DNA from: Thermoplasmatota archaeon
GTDB taxonomy: Archaea > Thermoplasmatota > Penumbrarchaeia > Penumbrarchaeales > Penumbrarchaeaceae
Assembly: GCA_029762535.1 (NCBI GenBank)
Contig: JARVGK010000011.1
Coordinates: 1-47,336 of the forward strand
Direction of reading: 5' to 3'
Length of the DNA stretch: 47,336 nucleotides
Shown here: piece by piece, positions 36,419 through 45,852 of the stretch
Position numbering within the stretch: position 1 is the first letter of the stretch
How the letters are laid out: the number at the start of each line of letters is the position of its first letter
Notes under the pieces: model-generated
What the model was told of the DNA's origin: nothing
What the model saw: only the letters and a program-made list of their open reading frames with translations
The model's database searches: none
Made by a program: the position numbers and the translations under genes

Positions 36419-38512
36419 CTACATCGACTGTATCTTCCTTATCTTCTCTATCATTCGTGCGATCTCTTGCTGGGTGTACGACCTTTCCTCGCTCTGTATC
36501 AGTTCGATCAGATCGGGATCCCTGATCGCACTCATTATCGTGACCTCGTTGAGCGTTGCGAACTCTTCCGGGCTGAGGCCTTTGATCAGCCTCACCTTCT
36601 CCTTGATCGCAAGCTTGAGCTTCGTTGTCTGAAGCTTGGGATCCTTTGGCATCACACGCCTGGGAGAGAGAACGGAGATGTCGAAGACATGCATCCAGTT
36701 CTCCTTGTCCTGTATCAGGAGCGTCACGAACATGAGTATGAAACCTATAGATATCACTATCGGATAGGCATAGAATGGATTGGATGTCAGATACGCGGTG
36801 AGCTCCATGGACCTGTAAACGGGCTTGATGAAATGTCCCGGATCCCTGTGCCTGCTCTCGTCGATGAGGACAAGATTGGTCTCGCCCTCCTCAGCAGGAC
36901 AGAGCTTCCGTACCATGTCAAGGAGCCAGCGTGAGTTATGATAGTCGTATTTGTCCTTGCCGACCATGTCATCGGTGATCCAATCGTACATGTCGGCCTC
37001 TGCCTCCGACCAGTAGTCCGGGGAGTTATCGGCGAGGTTGTTCGCATCCTCCTGGTCTTCCGGTGATATGTCACCCGTCTCCTGAAGGATCTCCCTGTCC
37101 TCGTCTATGAGCCCGTCGCCGTCATCGTCCCTACCGTTCCCGATCGGGTCGAAGGGGAGGTTCACATCATATCTGATATGATTCAGAGCGTAGAGGTCGT
37201 TCATGAAGGCGGAAGGGTCGCCCATGAACACGATGGAGCCGAGCTTGGTTATGAGCTTCTCGTTCGGGTTTAGCTCGGCAACCTTGTATTTCTTCGGTTC
37301 GCCGGATGTCTTCTTTATCGTCTCTTTGGATTCGCCCGTTATTATATCGACGGCTCCCGAGCCGTCATCCGCTACTGGAAGCTCCAGGCAGAACAATATC
37401 TCGTTCCCGATAGAGGACACCTCATCCGCGTTCTCGCCCCTGAGCTCTCCCTCGGGAATGGACAGGACCCTGTCGTTGTTCATATCCACCCATGACTTGG
37501 ACGAACCCATGGACCATATCCATGGATTCACTGCAGAGGACAGGCCAGTTGGTTTGTAGGTTATGATATGATAGTGCATCAGGTCCTCATCGATGATATC
37601 GTTGAGGTCTATTATCCCGTCGCCGTTGTCGTCATCCTGGGATTTCCCGTCAAGCCATTCTGTATTGACATTGGGATGCCCGTACCAGAGCTTGTGGGCA
37701 TCGCCTCCCGGGGTGAACATCCAATCGTCGTCGATCGGATCCTCATCGTAACCCTCGTTCTCCTCGTCCACGACGTTGTTGCGCCATGGATCGTTGTTTC
37801 GCAGGTCCTTCGTGAGCCTGGCGTTGTCGCGGTCGTCATCATAGTTCTTCGAGGAACCCATGTTGTCGTCCTCGTCGATCTTCCCGTCCGCATCCTGGTC
37901 GTCGTCCCAGACACCGTCCCCCCACGGGTTGTCCCTGGTCCAAACCCTCACTCCCTCCCTGTCGTAGAGATCGGACCCCATATGGCCCTTCAGAATGGTA
38001 TAGTTCGCGTTCTTGTCGAAGTTCTCGTCGTAGAGCTGACCGCCGTAGAAGGTCACTCCATACTCCTTGGCGAGGTAATTCGCGTTCCCGAAATCATCGG
38101 CTATGAACGCTTTTCCCCCACGCATGAGGAAGTTGTTGATGGCGTTCACCTCATCGGGCGTGTAGGCCCTCTCGACCCCTATCGCCATATATAGTGTCTT
38201 CGTTGGGTCTATCATGTCCCCGAGAAGGACCACTGGCGATGATGTGATCGCCCTGACCTTGTAGTCGTAGACCCCGTCATTATCGTCGCTACCCGAATAG
38301 TAGATCGAACCTTTGACGTGATAGTTCAGTCGTTCGACGTCCTTCACGAACATGCTGATATCGGATGGTCCATCACCGTATGCCGTGAAGAGAGGGGCCG
38401 TGTCAGGGGTGATCCCCACGGCGCTGGTCATAACGGAGAACATCGGATATATCACGAAGAAAACTCCGATTATCACTGCCGCTGAAACCGCTATTAGCTC
38501 GTTCCATTTCAT
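36419..38512 (-). CDS. DUF4350-like (GATase/ABC-auxiliary-like) extracytoplasmic protein with N- and C-terminal TM helices and Asp-rich inserts
   Basis: N-terminal TM, IGVERAYT..E...I..F...GG...IADDFG.AN.L, GSIVFMGDPSAFMN, VLIDESRH, then a second TM. This matches the pattern of MoxR-operon DUF4350 proteins. Multiple DDDGDG.IDED inserts. Confidence 0.7.
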   Translation of the reverse strand: MKWNELIAVSAAVIIGVFFVIYPMFSVMTSAVGITPDTAPLFTAYGDGPSDISMFVKDVERLNYHVKGSIYYSGSDDNDGVYDYKVRAITSSPVVLLGDMIDPTKTLYMAIGVERAYTPDEVNAINNFLMRGGKAFIADDFGNANYLAKEYGVTFYGGQLYDENFDKNANYTILKGHMGSDLYDREGVRVWTRDNPWGDGVWDDDQDADGKIDEDDNMGSSKNYDDDRDNARLTKDLRNNDPWRNNVVDEENEGYDEDPIDDDWMFTPGGDAHKLWYGHPNVNTEWLDGKSQDDDNGDGIIDLNDIIDEDLMHYHIITYKPTGLSSAVNPWIWSMGSSKSWVDMNNDRVLSIPEGELRGENADEVSSIGNEILFCLELPVADDGSGAVDIITGESKETIKKTSGEPKKYKVAELNPNEKLITKLGSIVFMGDPSAFMNDLYALNHIRYDVNLPFDPIGNGRDDDGDGLIDEDREILQETGDISPEDQEDANNLADNSPDYWSEAEADMYDWITDDMVGKDKYDYHNSRWLLDMVRKLCPAEEGETNLVLIDESRHRDPGHFIKPVYRSMELTAYLTSNPFYAYPIVISIGFILMFVTLLIQDKENWMHVFDISVLSPRRVMPKDPKLQTTKLKLAIKEKVRLIKGLSPEEFATLNEVTIMSAIRDPDLIELIQSEERSYTQQEIARMIEKIRKIQSM

Positions 38513-38517
38513 CGTTC

Positions 38518-41500
38518 TCAGGCTCCTTTGTTACCTTTAAGAACTATATCCGTCTCAACATAATCCTCATCCTGGATCTCCATCTGCCTAAGGGCTGCCT
38601 CCTCATCGAGGATGATGTTGTCCAGCGATCTCTCGACGCCCCTGAGCGCCTTGATGGCGGATTCCTTATGGTCCTCGCCTATAACGTGCTTGGAGTATCT
38701 TGCCTCCTCCAGGATATCGAGGAAGGAGTTCAGGCTGTTGTCATCGATCGGCAGCGCGGAACGCACGGCGTCCTCGAACTCCCTGAACGTATCGGCATCC
38801 CTTCTGAGGAAGCCGTACTTCCTGAAATGCGCCCCGAGCTTCTGGTAGGCCCTGAATATGACCGCTGAGTAGGGGTTGCCCGTCTCCAGCTGGTCCGCGG
38901 CCTTCTTGATGATCTTCTTGAGCGCCTTGAGCCTCCTCCTCTTCTCGATCCACCTGTAGAAGAAGAACAGGGCGACTATGACGAGCAGGAGCATCAGGAA
39001 GAGGACAAGCAATACCCATAACCACTGTGGTCCAGGACCTCTTATAATTTCGGCCCTGTGATAGGTAGCGGGATATACCCTTACGCTCTCCCTGTAGAAC
39101 TGTTTGCCTTCGAACTTGACCGATATGGTCATGTTGGCCTTCTTCTCGCCGTCGGTTATCTGGAAATCCACGCCAGTGTTCGAATCCTTGAACTTGGAGG
39201 TGTAGTTGAAGTTGACCCTGCCCCTGAGGTCCGTGAGCTGCCTCGTGGAGTTGGTATAGGATCCGACCGTGATGTTCATCCAGACGATGCCGAACTGGAC
39301 CGGCTCCCCTCTTGTATCGGTCGGGGAACCCTCGATCACCTGGAACGTGAAGACCCAGTCCTGTATCTGGTCCTCCCTCACGTCGTATCTTCGGTCGTTG
39401 TCCTCGTCCTTTGGGCCGAAGTATATGTCCTGTATCCTCGTCTGGGACCATATCTGGGCCTGAACCTCGTTCCTGGACACCTGATACAGCGGGATCCCGT
39501 CCGGGCCAAGCTCTGGGGTGAACTCCACGATGATCGTGACCTCTCCCACCGAGAGCTTGTCAGGCACGTTCGTGGTCTTGATCTCGAAATACCCGTTGAA
39601 CTCCGGATCGGTCCTGGTCCTGCTCACTCCGATCTTGAGGATCTCATCGCCCTGCTTGAGGTATGCCGATACGGCCTGTCCGGCGACTCCCCTCTCGATC
39701 TTCTTCCCCTGGAAGGATTCGTAAACGTTGCCGATCAGCCTGGCCTCTCCGCCCCGGACGAGAACGGTGGGCACGTCCCTCAGGACCACCTCCGTTTCCG
39801 CCGTGACCACGAGTTTCGAGGGCGTGGCCAACGCCGGCATGTAAGCATCGTTGGGATAGTAGCGCACGTTCGTTGTGGGATCGGGGAACTCAACGGATCC
39901 GGCGAACCTTGCCACGATCCAGATGCTGCCGACGTTCACCCTGTCCTCGAGAACGTAATCCCTGAATATGAACTTGCCAGTTGCATCGGTCACAGCCTCG
40001 CCCAGCCTGGTTCCCGGGTTGGCCCGGATCTGTGCGAAGGAGCCGTCCCATGTGTCCCTTCTAAAAACGGTCACGGTCCTGTTGCCTATTCCGACGCCTC
40101 TATCGTCCTTGAGGATCCCCCTGACGCTAATGGCCTGTCCCTTGATACCTACGCTTGCGTTGATGTCAAGGTCGGTGAAGGACACGACCGAGAACGGCTT
40201 TCCATCGAAATCGGAGACCGACGAGCTGTCGAAATATGTCGTATAGTAATCGGTCGTGTACACAGCAAGAATGGGCACCGGACCCAACGGGTGTGTTGGG
40301 GGTACGGTATAGGGCCAGAAGAAGCGGCCGTTCTGATCGGTCTCCACCTCCACGGTCTGCTGCCATGTCTGGCCGAAGCCCCAGAATATCTGCAGCTTCT
40401 GATTGGGCACCCCCACCTTCAGGGCGCCGATGGACTGCTCCACATCCTTGAGCATACCCCTCACCCTGGCTATGTTCCAGTCGTATACCTTTCCGTCAGG
40501 ACCCGTGAACGGCTTGCGGGTTATGAAGGTGTTGAGCGGTTCTCCCGAGTCCGTCTGCTCCAGTTCATCGTTGAGATCGTTGTTGTTCTGGTCCAGGAAC
40601 ATTTCTATCTCCGTTCGCGACCTGACTATGAAGGTGGTCTGGTTCTTGGCGTTAGAATAATAGATCAGCGGATCGTGGAAACGGCTCTGGTCGAAATTCG
40701 TCTCGACCGTAACGGTGACCGGTCCCAGAGGCTGTGTATTGGCCGGAAGCTGGTACTCGATCGAGAACGACCCATCCGGCTTCACCAGGAAGAGGCCGGC
40801 CCACATCTTTGCGAAGGACTGCAGCGGCTCCCCCCACTGGATGCTGTACCTGTACTTGGTACCATAGTCCACGCCCTTGACCGAGAGCTGGGGGCCGGTC
40901 TGGATGAACTGTCTCTCGTACATGAACTTGTCAACGATAGTGCCGTTTATGTATATCGTCTGGCCCCTGTATACCCAGGTGACACCGTACAGCGGGTCTA
41001 TGTTGTCGAATATGATGCCCGTCGGGCGCCTGACGTAAACGACGGTCGTGGCGTTGCTGGGATCGTAATAGTAGTTGTTGGTCTTGTTGAAGGCGGGGCT
41101 GAACTCAACTGAAATATCGTGTGGCCCGGCCGATGTCGTCCATGGAGGCGTATATATGAACTCGAACTCGGACTTGTAACCGATCTTCTGCGGGTTGGCT
41201 ATCGTCTCCGCGACCGGATTTCCGTCCCAGAACAACCTCACCGTCTTGGGACCCATCTTGTAATCCGGGACCGAAATGTCCTCAAGGGTTCCGGTCACCC
41301 TGATGGACTCGCCCTTTCCGACGTCCACAAGGTCGGGTTCGACTACGAGTCCGGCCCCGCCCCCGCCGATCCTGGTCTTGTGCCATACTTCGATAAAGAG
41401 CCTCTTCGCATACGGGCGCCTTGCGATGAAGGCCCACGGGTCCTCGTCTATGAAACCGTCTCCGTCATCGTCCAACCCGTTGTAGTTCTCCTCGTCAACG

Positions 41501-42393
41501 CCCTCTTTCCTGTCGCCCATTATAGGGATCCCGGGATATCCGTCATCGATTATCCCATCCCCGTCATCGTCCACGCCGTTATCCCAAAGATGAGATGGCT
41601 CGGGGGCTCCGAAGGCTGGAATGCCGGGCCTTCCGTCATCGACGACCCCGTCGTTGTCGTCGTCAATATTATTGTATTGTTTGATGGCGGCATCCCCGTC
41701 ATCGTCCCTTCCTATGGCCTTGTCGTAGAGCTTGTCGTAATCGCTCTGTGTCAAATTGTAGAACATAGAGCCCTGACCTGAAGTGGTCCAGCTACCCATG
41801 TGACGGACCTCGAACTCGATCCCGGGATTCGGACCGTTCGGGTCTCCATTGGGAACGACCGAGTCTATGTCGGCCGTGAGGTTGATCGACCATGTCCCGT
41901 TCTCATCGGTCACGTTCCACGTGTCCACCATGAACGGGGTCCCGTCAGCCCAGAGGAACTTCACCCATTCGCCCGGCAGCGGATAATCGCCAGAGTTCTT
42001 CTCCTCGTCCGAGTTGTTATCCTCGATAAGCTCACCCTCGATGACGAAGTTCTCCATGTAATAGACCTTCTTTGGGGCCTTCTTGATATAGAGCAGGGTC
42101 GATGTGTTGGTCGCGCCCCTGGTGCTGTCGTAGGGCTGCAGCTGTACATCGTTCTGGGTCCCGTAATAATAGACCGTCGGTGAGGACTCTATCAGGACAT
42201 CGCCGCGCTCCCTGCCGTCCGATGTGGAATATACCGGACCCTCTTCCACGCCCTCATCCATTTCAAGCGTATCGGCAATGGCATCGATCTCATCCGCAAA
42301 AGTATCCCGCGCTCCTTCTGAATCGCCCTGGTTTATGAACAGCGACGTCAAGATCAGGGCCATCAAAACGAGCATCGTAAAGCTCTTCCTCAT
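38518..42393 (-). CDS. Giant single-pass surface protein: tandem Ig-like domains, Asp-rich repeats, TM helix and cytoplasmic DUF4129-like domain
   Basis: Signal peptide and repeated V.G.L.D....G.....V / TD.NG.F Ig modules. TM WLWVLLVLFLMLLLVIVALFFFY. C-terminal AY..L...F...G..R...DT.REF.......F....EEARYS pattern. GGAGG RBS. Confidence 0.78.
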   Translation of the reverse strand: MRKSFTMLVLMALILTSLFINQGDSEGARDTFADEIDAIADTLEMDEGVEEGPVYSTSDGRERGDVLIESSPTVYYYGTQNDVQLQPYDSTRGATNTSTLLYIKKAPKKVYYMENFVIEGELIEDNNSDEEKNSGDYPLPGEWVKFLWADGTPFMVDTWNVTDENGTWSINLTADIDSVVPNGDPNGPNPGIEFEVRHMGSWTTSGQGSMFYNLTQSDYDKLYDKAIGRDDDGDAAIKQYNNIDDDNDGVVDDGRPGIPAFGAPEPSHLWDNGVDDDGDGIIDDGYPGIPIMGDRKEGVDEENYNGLDDDGDGFIDEDPWAFIARRPYAKRLFIEVWHKTRIGGGGAGLVVEPDLVDVGKGESIRVTGTLEDISVPDYKMGPKTVRLFWDGNPVAETIANPQKIGYKSEFEFIYTPPWTTSAGPHDISVEFSPAFNKTNNYYYDPSNATTVVYVRRPTGIIFDNIDPLYGVTWVYRGQTIYINGTIVDKFMYERQFIQTGPQLSVKGVDYGTKYRYSIQWGEPLQSFAKMWAGLFLVKPDGSFSIEYQLPANTQPLGPVTVTVETNFDQSRFHDPLIYYSNAKNQTTFIVRSRTEIEMFLDQNNNDLNDELEQTDSGEPLNTFITRKPFTGPDGKVYDWNIARVRGMLKDVEQSIGALKVGVPNQKLQIFWGFGQTWQQTVEVETDQNGRFFWPYTVPPTHPLGPVPILAVYTTDYYTTYFDSSSVSDFDGKPFSVVSFTDLDINASVGIKGQAISVRGILKDDRGVGIGNRTVTVFRRDTWDGSFAQIRANPGTRLGEAVTDATGKFIFRDYVLEDRVNVGSIWIVARFAGSVEFPDPTTNVRYYPNDAYMPALATPSKLVVTAETEVVLRDVPTVLVRGGEARLIGNVYESFQGKKIERGVAGQAVSAYLKQGDEILKIGVSRTRTDPEFNGYFEIKTTNVPDKLSVGEVTIIVEFTPELGPDGIPLYQVSRNEVQAQIWSQTRIQDIYFGPKDEDNDRRYDVREDQIQDWVFTFQVIEGSPTDTRGEPVQFGIVWMNITVGSYTNSTRQLTDLRGRVNFNYTSKFKDSNTGVDFQITDGEKKANMTISVKFEGKQFYRESVRVYPATYHRAEIIRGPGPQWLWVLLVLFLMLLLVIVALFFFYRWIEKRRRLKALKKIIKKAADQLETGNPYSAVIFRAYQKLGAHFRKYGFLRRDADTFREFEDAVRSALPIDDNSLNSFLDILEEARYSKHVIGEDHKESAIKALRGVERSLDNIILDEEAALRQMEIQDEDYVETDIVLKGNKGA

Positions 42394-42448
42394 GTCATAC
42401 CTCCAATATCCAGCACCTTTCTCTGCCTTGAGCCAGGATGAGATTCTA

Positions 42449-42504
42449 GACCCGATTAGGGGGCAGGTTCAAGCCCTAAACGGGTCATCCATATTTTAAG
42501 GTTT
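42449..42504 (-). promoter_or_regulatory. Putative BRE/TATA promoter (AAACCTTAAAATAT) of the DUF4129-MoxR operon with a downstream 13-bp inverted repeat
   Basis: TATA-like element at 42491-42504 (minus strand). Inverted repeat GACCCGATTAGGG (42449-42461) / CCCTAAACGGGTC (42474-42486), 12 of 13 positions matching. Confidence 0.5.
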
Positions 42505-42660
42505 GGATATGCCACATTTCGGCTTTTTCCCGCCCTTTCGACCTGTTCTCACCCTTTCCTGACAGATCTTTTGGCCGGTCTGATGGAATGAGAAATGTAT
42601 TGTCTTATAAACGTATTTGTTTCATGTGTCAGTTCGACCCTTGCTTCGAGGTCTTGGAGC

Positions 42661-44238
42661 CTATGTTTCCGGTACAAGGGAAGGAGAGCTCATCTCGGTA
42701 GGGACCGCTATGTCCAACTGATGCAGTATCGTCCTGCCAATATGGGAGAGGTTCATATCCCCTTCGGAGAGAACATGCGCCTTTCCGATGCCCTGGCAAA
42801 CGTAGATGAACGGCACGGGGTTGGTGGTATGTGCCGTGAACGGAACGTTCTTCTCCGTATCCCACATCTTCTCCGAATTGCCGTGGTCCGCCGTGAACAG
42901 CAGATGGTACCCCGCGTCCAGACCTGCCTTTACCACCTTTCCGATGCATGAATCAACCGCCTCGACGGCGGCCTTCGCCGCCTCGAGTATACCCGTGTGC
43001 CCGACCATGTCCGAGTTGGCGAAGTTGAGCACCCCCAGATCGAACGTCGATCCCTCGAGCTCCTTGACGATCGCGTCGGCCAGCTCGGGGGCCGACATCT
43101 CGGGCTTCTGATCGTATGTCCTGACCTGGGGAGACGGTACGAGTATCCTTGCCTCGTTGGGATAGGGGTCCTCCCTCCCTCCGGAGAAGAAGAAGGTCAC
43201 GTGCGGATACTTCTCCGTCTCGGCGATCCTCAGCTGCCTCAATCCCTTCCGGGATATGACCTCTCCTATGCCCATCGTGACCGATTCCTCCGGGAATCCG
43301 ACGTGTGTGAACATGGACTCGTCGTAGTCCGTCATCGCGACGAAGTAAGGTCTGACCGCCTTCGGCCTGACGAAACCCCCGAAGAACGGATAGATGAAGG
43401 CCTTCGTAAGCTGCCTCGCCCTGTCCGGCCGGAAGTTGAAGAACAGGAGCGTGTCGCCCTCCTTCACCAGGGAGGGTTTGGATCCAGGACCGTCCACGAT
43501 CTGCACGGGTTTGATGAACTCGTCCGAGACGTCCCTGTCATATGATCCTAGAATGTACTTGACAGGGTCGGAGGAGACGTTATCCTGCGGGGATATGTAA
43601 TAGTTGAATGCCTCCTCCGTCCGATCCCATCTCCGATCCCGATCCATGGCATAGAACCTCCCCATGACGGTGGCTATCTTCACGCGGTGATCAGGATCGA
43701 TGGTCCCTATCCAATCAATGAGAGATGATATCTCTTCCGCGGCGGAGCGGGGGGGAACGTCCCTCCCGTCGGTGATGACGTGTATCCTGATGTTCCTCAC
43801 ATTTTCCTTCAAGGCCAAATTGATCAATGCCTTGAGGTGTTCGATATGGCTGTGGACGCCTCCCTCGGAGGTCAATCCGAGGAGGTGCAGCGTCGCACCT
43901 GAACGCTTTGCGTTCTCGATGCCCTTCGATATCTCCTCGTTGTCGTTTATCGACCCGTCCTTGATGGCGCGGTTTATCTTGACCAGAGGCTGGTAGATTA
44001 CCCTGCCCGCTCCGATGGTGAGATGTCCGACCTCGCTGTTCCCCATCTGACCGTGGGGAAGCCCGACATGCTCCTGCGAGGCCTCTATCAGCCGGAAGGG
44101 GAACTCCGATACCAGATCGTCGAAGTTGGGAGTATTGGCCAATGCGATGGCGTTATGCTCCCTCTCATCCGAGTGCCCCCATCCGTCGAGTATGACCAGG
44201 AGCAGTTTCTTCGTATGGGGGATGCGTTTCATGACCAC
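42661..44238 (-). CDS. gpmI: 2,3-bisphosphoglycerate-independent phosphoglycerate mutase (bacterial-type iPGM)
   Basis: LVILDGWG, VGLP.GQMGNSEVGH, GGVHSH, TDGRD..P, GRFYAMDRD.RWDR, FNFRPDRARQL, AETEKYPHVTFFF, NFANSDMVGHTG, TADHGNSE, TAHT. Confidence 0.97.
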   Translation of the reverse strand: MVMKRIPHTKKLLLVILDGWGHSDEREHNAIALANTPNFDDLVSEFPFRLIEASQEHVGLPHGQMGNSEVGHLTIGAGRVIYQPLVKINRAIKDGSINDNEEISKGIENAKRSGATLHLLGLTSEGGVHSHIEHLKALINLALKENVRNIRIHVITDGRDVPPRSAAEEISSLIDWIGTIDPDHRVKIATVMGRFYAMDRDRRWDRTEEAFNYYISPQDNVSSDPVKYILGSYDRDVSDEFIKPVQIVDGPGSKPSLVKEGDTLLFFNFRPDRARQLTKAFIYPFFGGFVRPKAVRPYFVAMTDYDESMFTHVGFPEESVTMGIGEVISRKGLRQLRIAETEKYPHVTFFFSGGREDPYPNEARILVPSPQVRTYDQKPEMSAPELADAIVKELEGSTFDLGVLNFANSDMVGHTGILEAAKAAVEAVDSCIGKVVKAGLDAGYHLLFTADHGNSEKMWDTEKNVPFTAHTTNPVPFIYVCQGIGKAHVLSEGDMNLSHIGRTILHQLDIAVPTEMSSPSLVPET

Positions 44239-44287
44239 TCGTATGATGAAGGATGTATATCATACCTGGGCCGTATGAGGCATGCGT

Positions 44288-45115
44288 TCAGGAGAGGAAT
44301 ATATAGAATGGAACGGTCAACAACACAGCGGAAAGGATCGTGATGAAGTTGACGAGATTGTTGGTGAGATAACCCTTGTTCTGAAGTGTGGCGCCCAGCA
44401 GGCTGTCCAGCTGACAGCCGAACCATCCGATGAGCAGAGGGGCCACTATGACGATCGGGGCCGCATCGAGTCCGTGTATCCTGGTGCTTATGAATATGTC
44501 CGTCATCAGGAAATATCCGACCACGCTCACGATGAGGGCTCCGATGAAGGCTGCGGTGTTGCCAAGCAGGGACACTCCCCCATTGACGCCAGGGTCCACG
44601 ATCCTCTTGGGATCGGTTATAAGCCTCGGGTTCCTTGCCAGGACCCCGATCTCGGATGCGAAGGTGTCCGCCGTGGCGACCGATATGGCCACGAGGAAGA
44701 GGAACGCAGGAAGGCCGGAGGAGATCTCGTTCAGGGGGCCGGAGAACCATGCGATGGCCAGAGGTAGTATGCCGTTCGCCATCACGTTCCTGGCTCCTCT
44801 CTCCCCTCCACCTCCCTCGCCCAGGCCCAGCTCCTTCTTCCGGGAATACTTCCACATCGTCACCCAATAGGAGGCGAACAGGAAAGTGAGCATCATCAGG
44901 AACCAGAAGAAATCCGACCATATCACAAGAAGGATGCCGAGAACGACCGCGAGTATGCTCCCCTTGATATCGAGTATCCTCTTTAAGAACGTATAGAGCC
45001 CCAGGAGGACGCAGAGCGCCGATGCTAGTATGAGCATCGTGGGGTCGAGATCGGGGATGATTGATGCCAGTAGGTCGGCCATCTGCTCCGGGTAGAGTTC
45101 ATCATTATATATCAT
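44288..45115 (-). CDS. DUF92 (TMEM19-like) membrane protein
   Basis: G.R...NVMANG, ATADTFASEIG, P.LIT......PG.NGGVS.LG, DSLLGATLQ, N..VNF. Confidence 0.9.
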   Translation of the reverse strand: MIYNDELYPEQMADLLASIIPDLDPTMLILASALCVLLGLYTFLKRILDIKGSILAVVLGILLVIWSDFFWFLMMLTFLFASYWVTMWKYSRKKELGLGEGGGGERGARNVMANGILPLAIAWFSGPLNEISSGLPAFLFLVAISVATADTFASEIGVLARNPRLITDPKRIVDPGVNGGVSLLGNTAAFIGALIVSVVGYFLMTDIFISTRIHGLDAAPIVIVAPLLIGWFGCQLDSLLGATLQNKGYLTNNLVNFITILSAVLLTVPFYIFLS

Positions 45116-45167
45116 TTTCTAGAATCGGGCCCATTGTTAAATATCGCTGAAGGGATTGTACCCCTGT

Positions 45168-45806
45168 ATGGACGAAGGGGAAGATCCTCTCAGCTTTCGC
45201 AAGCGCCTCGAGAAGGCCGGTGAGATGGACCTCTCCTCGTCCGGAAGCGTCGTTAGGGACGAGACCGCCCTCTGGATCGAGCCCACGGACGAGGTCAGGA
45301 CCATCGAGATGGATGACGTCAAGGGCAGGATCAAGGTCCAGGGATACGATCTATCGGATCCCGAGCCCCCTTCCCCGGATGCCGAGGCCAGGGCGCTGCG
45401 CAAGGCGGACCCCACGGCGGATTACAAGAGGAACGCCAAGGCCTACGGCGTGATGTGCCCTACTTGTTTGGGTTCGGGGAAATGCCAGGAATGCAGGGGA
45501 AGGGGCAGGGTCAAGCTCATTTTCAAATGCAAGGTATGCGGTGGAAGCGGGAAATGCCAGGAATGCGAAAAAGAGAGCGAGATCGATTGCCCTCAGTGTG
45601 GCGAGTTCGTCAGCCAGTATGCGGACTCATGTATGAAATGCGGGCTCTCGTTCACCTGTCCGGACTGCGGAGCGCACATGCCGGCGATGGGGACCAAATG
45701 CATATCCTGCATGACCGAGTTCAAATGCCCGAAGTGCAGAAAGGCGTATCCCAGGGCCTTCTCGTGGAGATGCCCTCACTGCAAGAGCTGGAACCGCTAC
45801 TCGTAA
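45168..45806 (+). CDS. Multi-zinc-finger protein (DnaJ-like CxxCxGxG repeats + tandem zinc ribbons) with acidic N-terminal region
   Basis: Ten CxxC pairs: CPTCLGSG, CQECRGRG, CKVCGGSG, CQEC, CPQC, CMKC, CPDC, CISC, CPKC, CPHC. No J domain. Probable ATG at 45168. Confidence 0.75.
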   Translation: MDEGEDPLSFRKRLEKAGEMDLSSSGSVVRDETALWIEPTDEVRTIEMDDVKGRIKVQGYDLSDPEPPSPDAEARALRKADPTADYKRNAKAYGVMCPTCLGSGKCQECRGRGRVKLIFKCKVCGGSGKCQECEKESEIDCPQCGEFVSQYADSCMKCGLSFTCPDCGAHMPAMGTKCISCMTEFKCPKCRKAYPRAFSWRCPHCKSWNRYS

Positions 45807-45852
45807 ACTTACTTATATGTCCTCCATCTGTGGGGGGTTCAGGTGTATGGAA

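Noticed and set aside
39058-41112. 684-aa + strand ORF antisense to the giant surface protein
   Set aside because: It is an antisense shadow of a GC3-biased gene. Its composition (V/L/D/H/R-rich) has no motifs and it lacks an RBS.
42455-42485. GCAGGTTCAAGCCC resembling a tRNA T-arm
   Set aside because: The T-stem pairs only partly and no D-arm, anticodon arm or acceptor stem can be built. It is better explained as the loop of an inverted repeat.
45450-45790. CxxC-rich protein considered as a multiheme cytochrome or DnaJ
   Set aside because: It has no CxxCH motifs, no signal peptide and no HPD-containing J domain.
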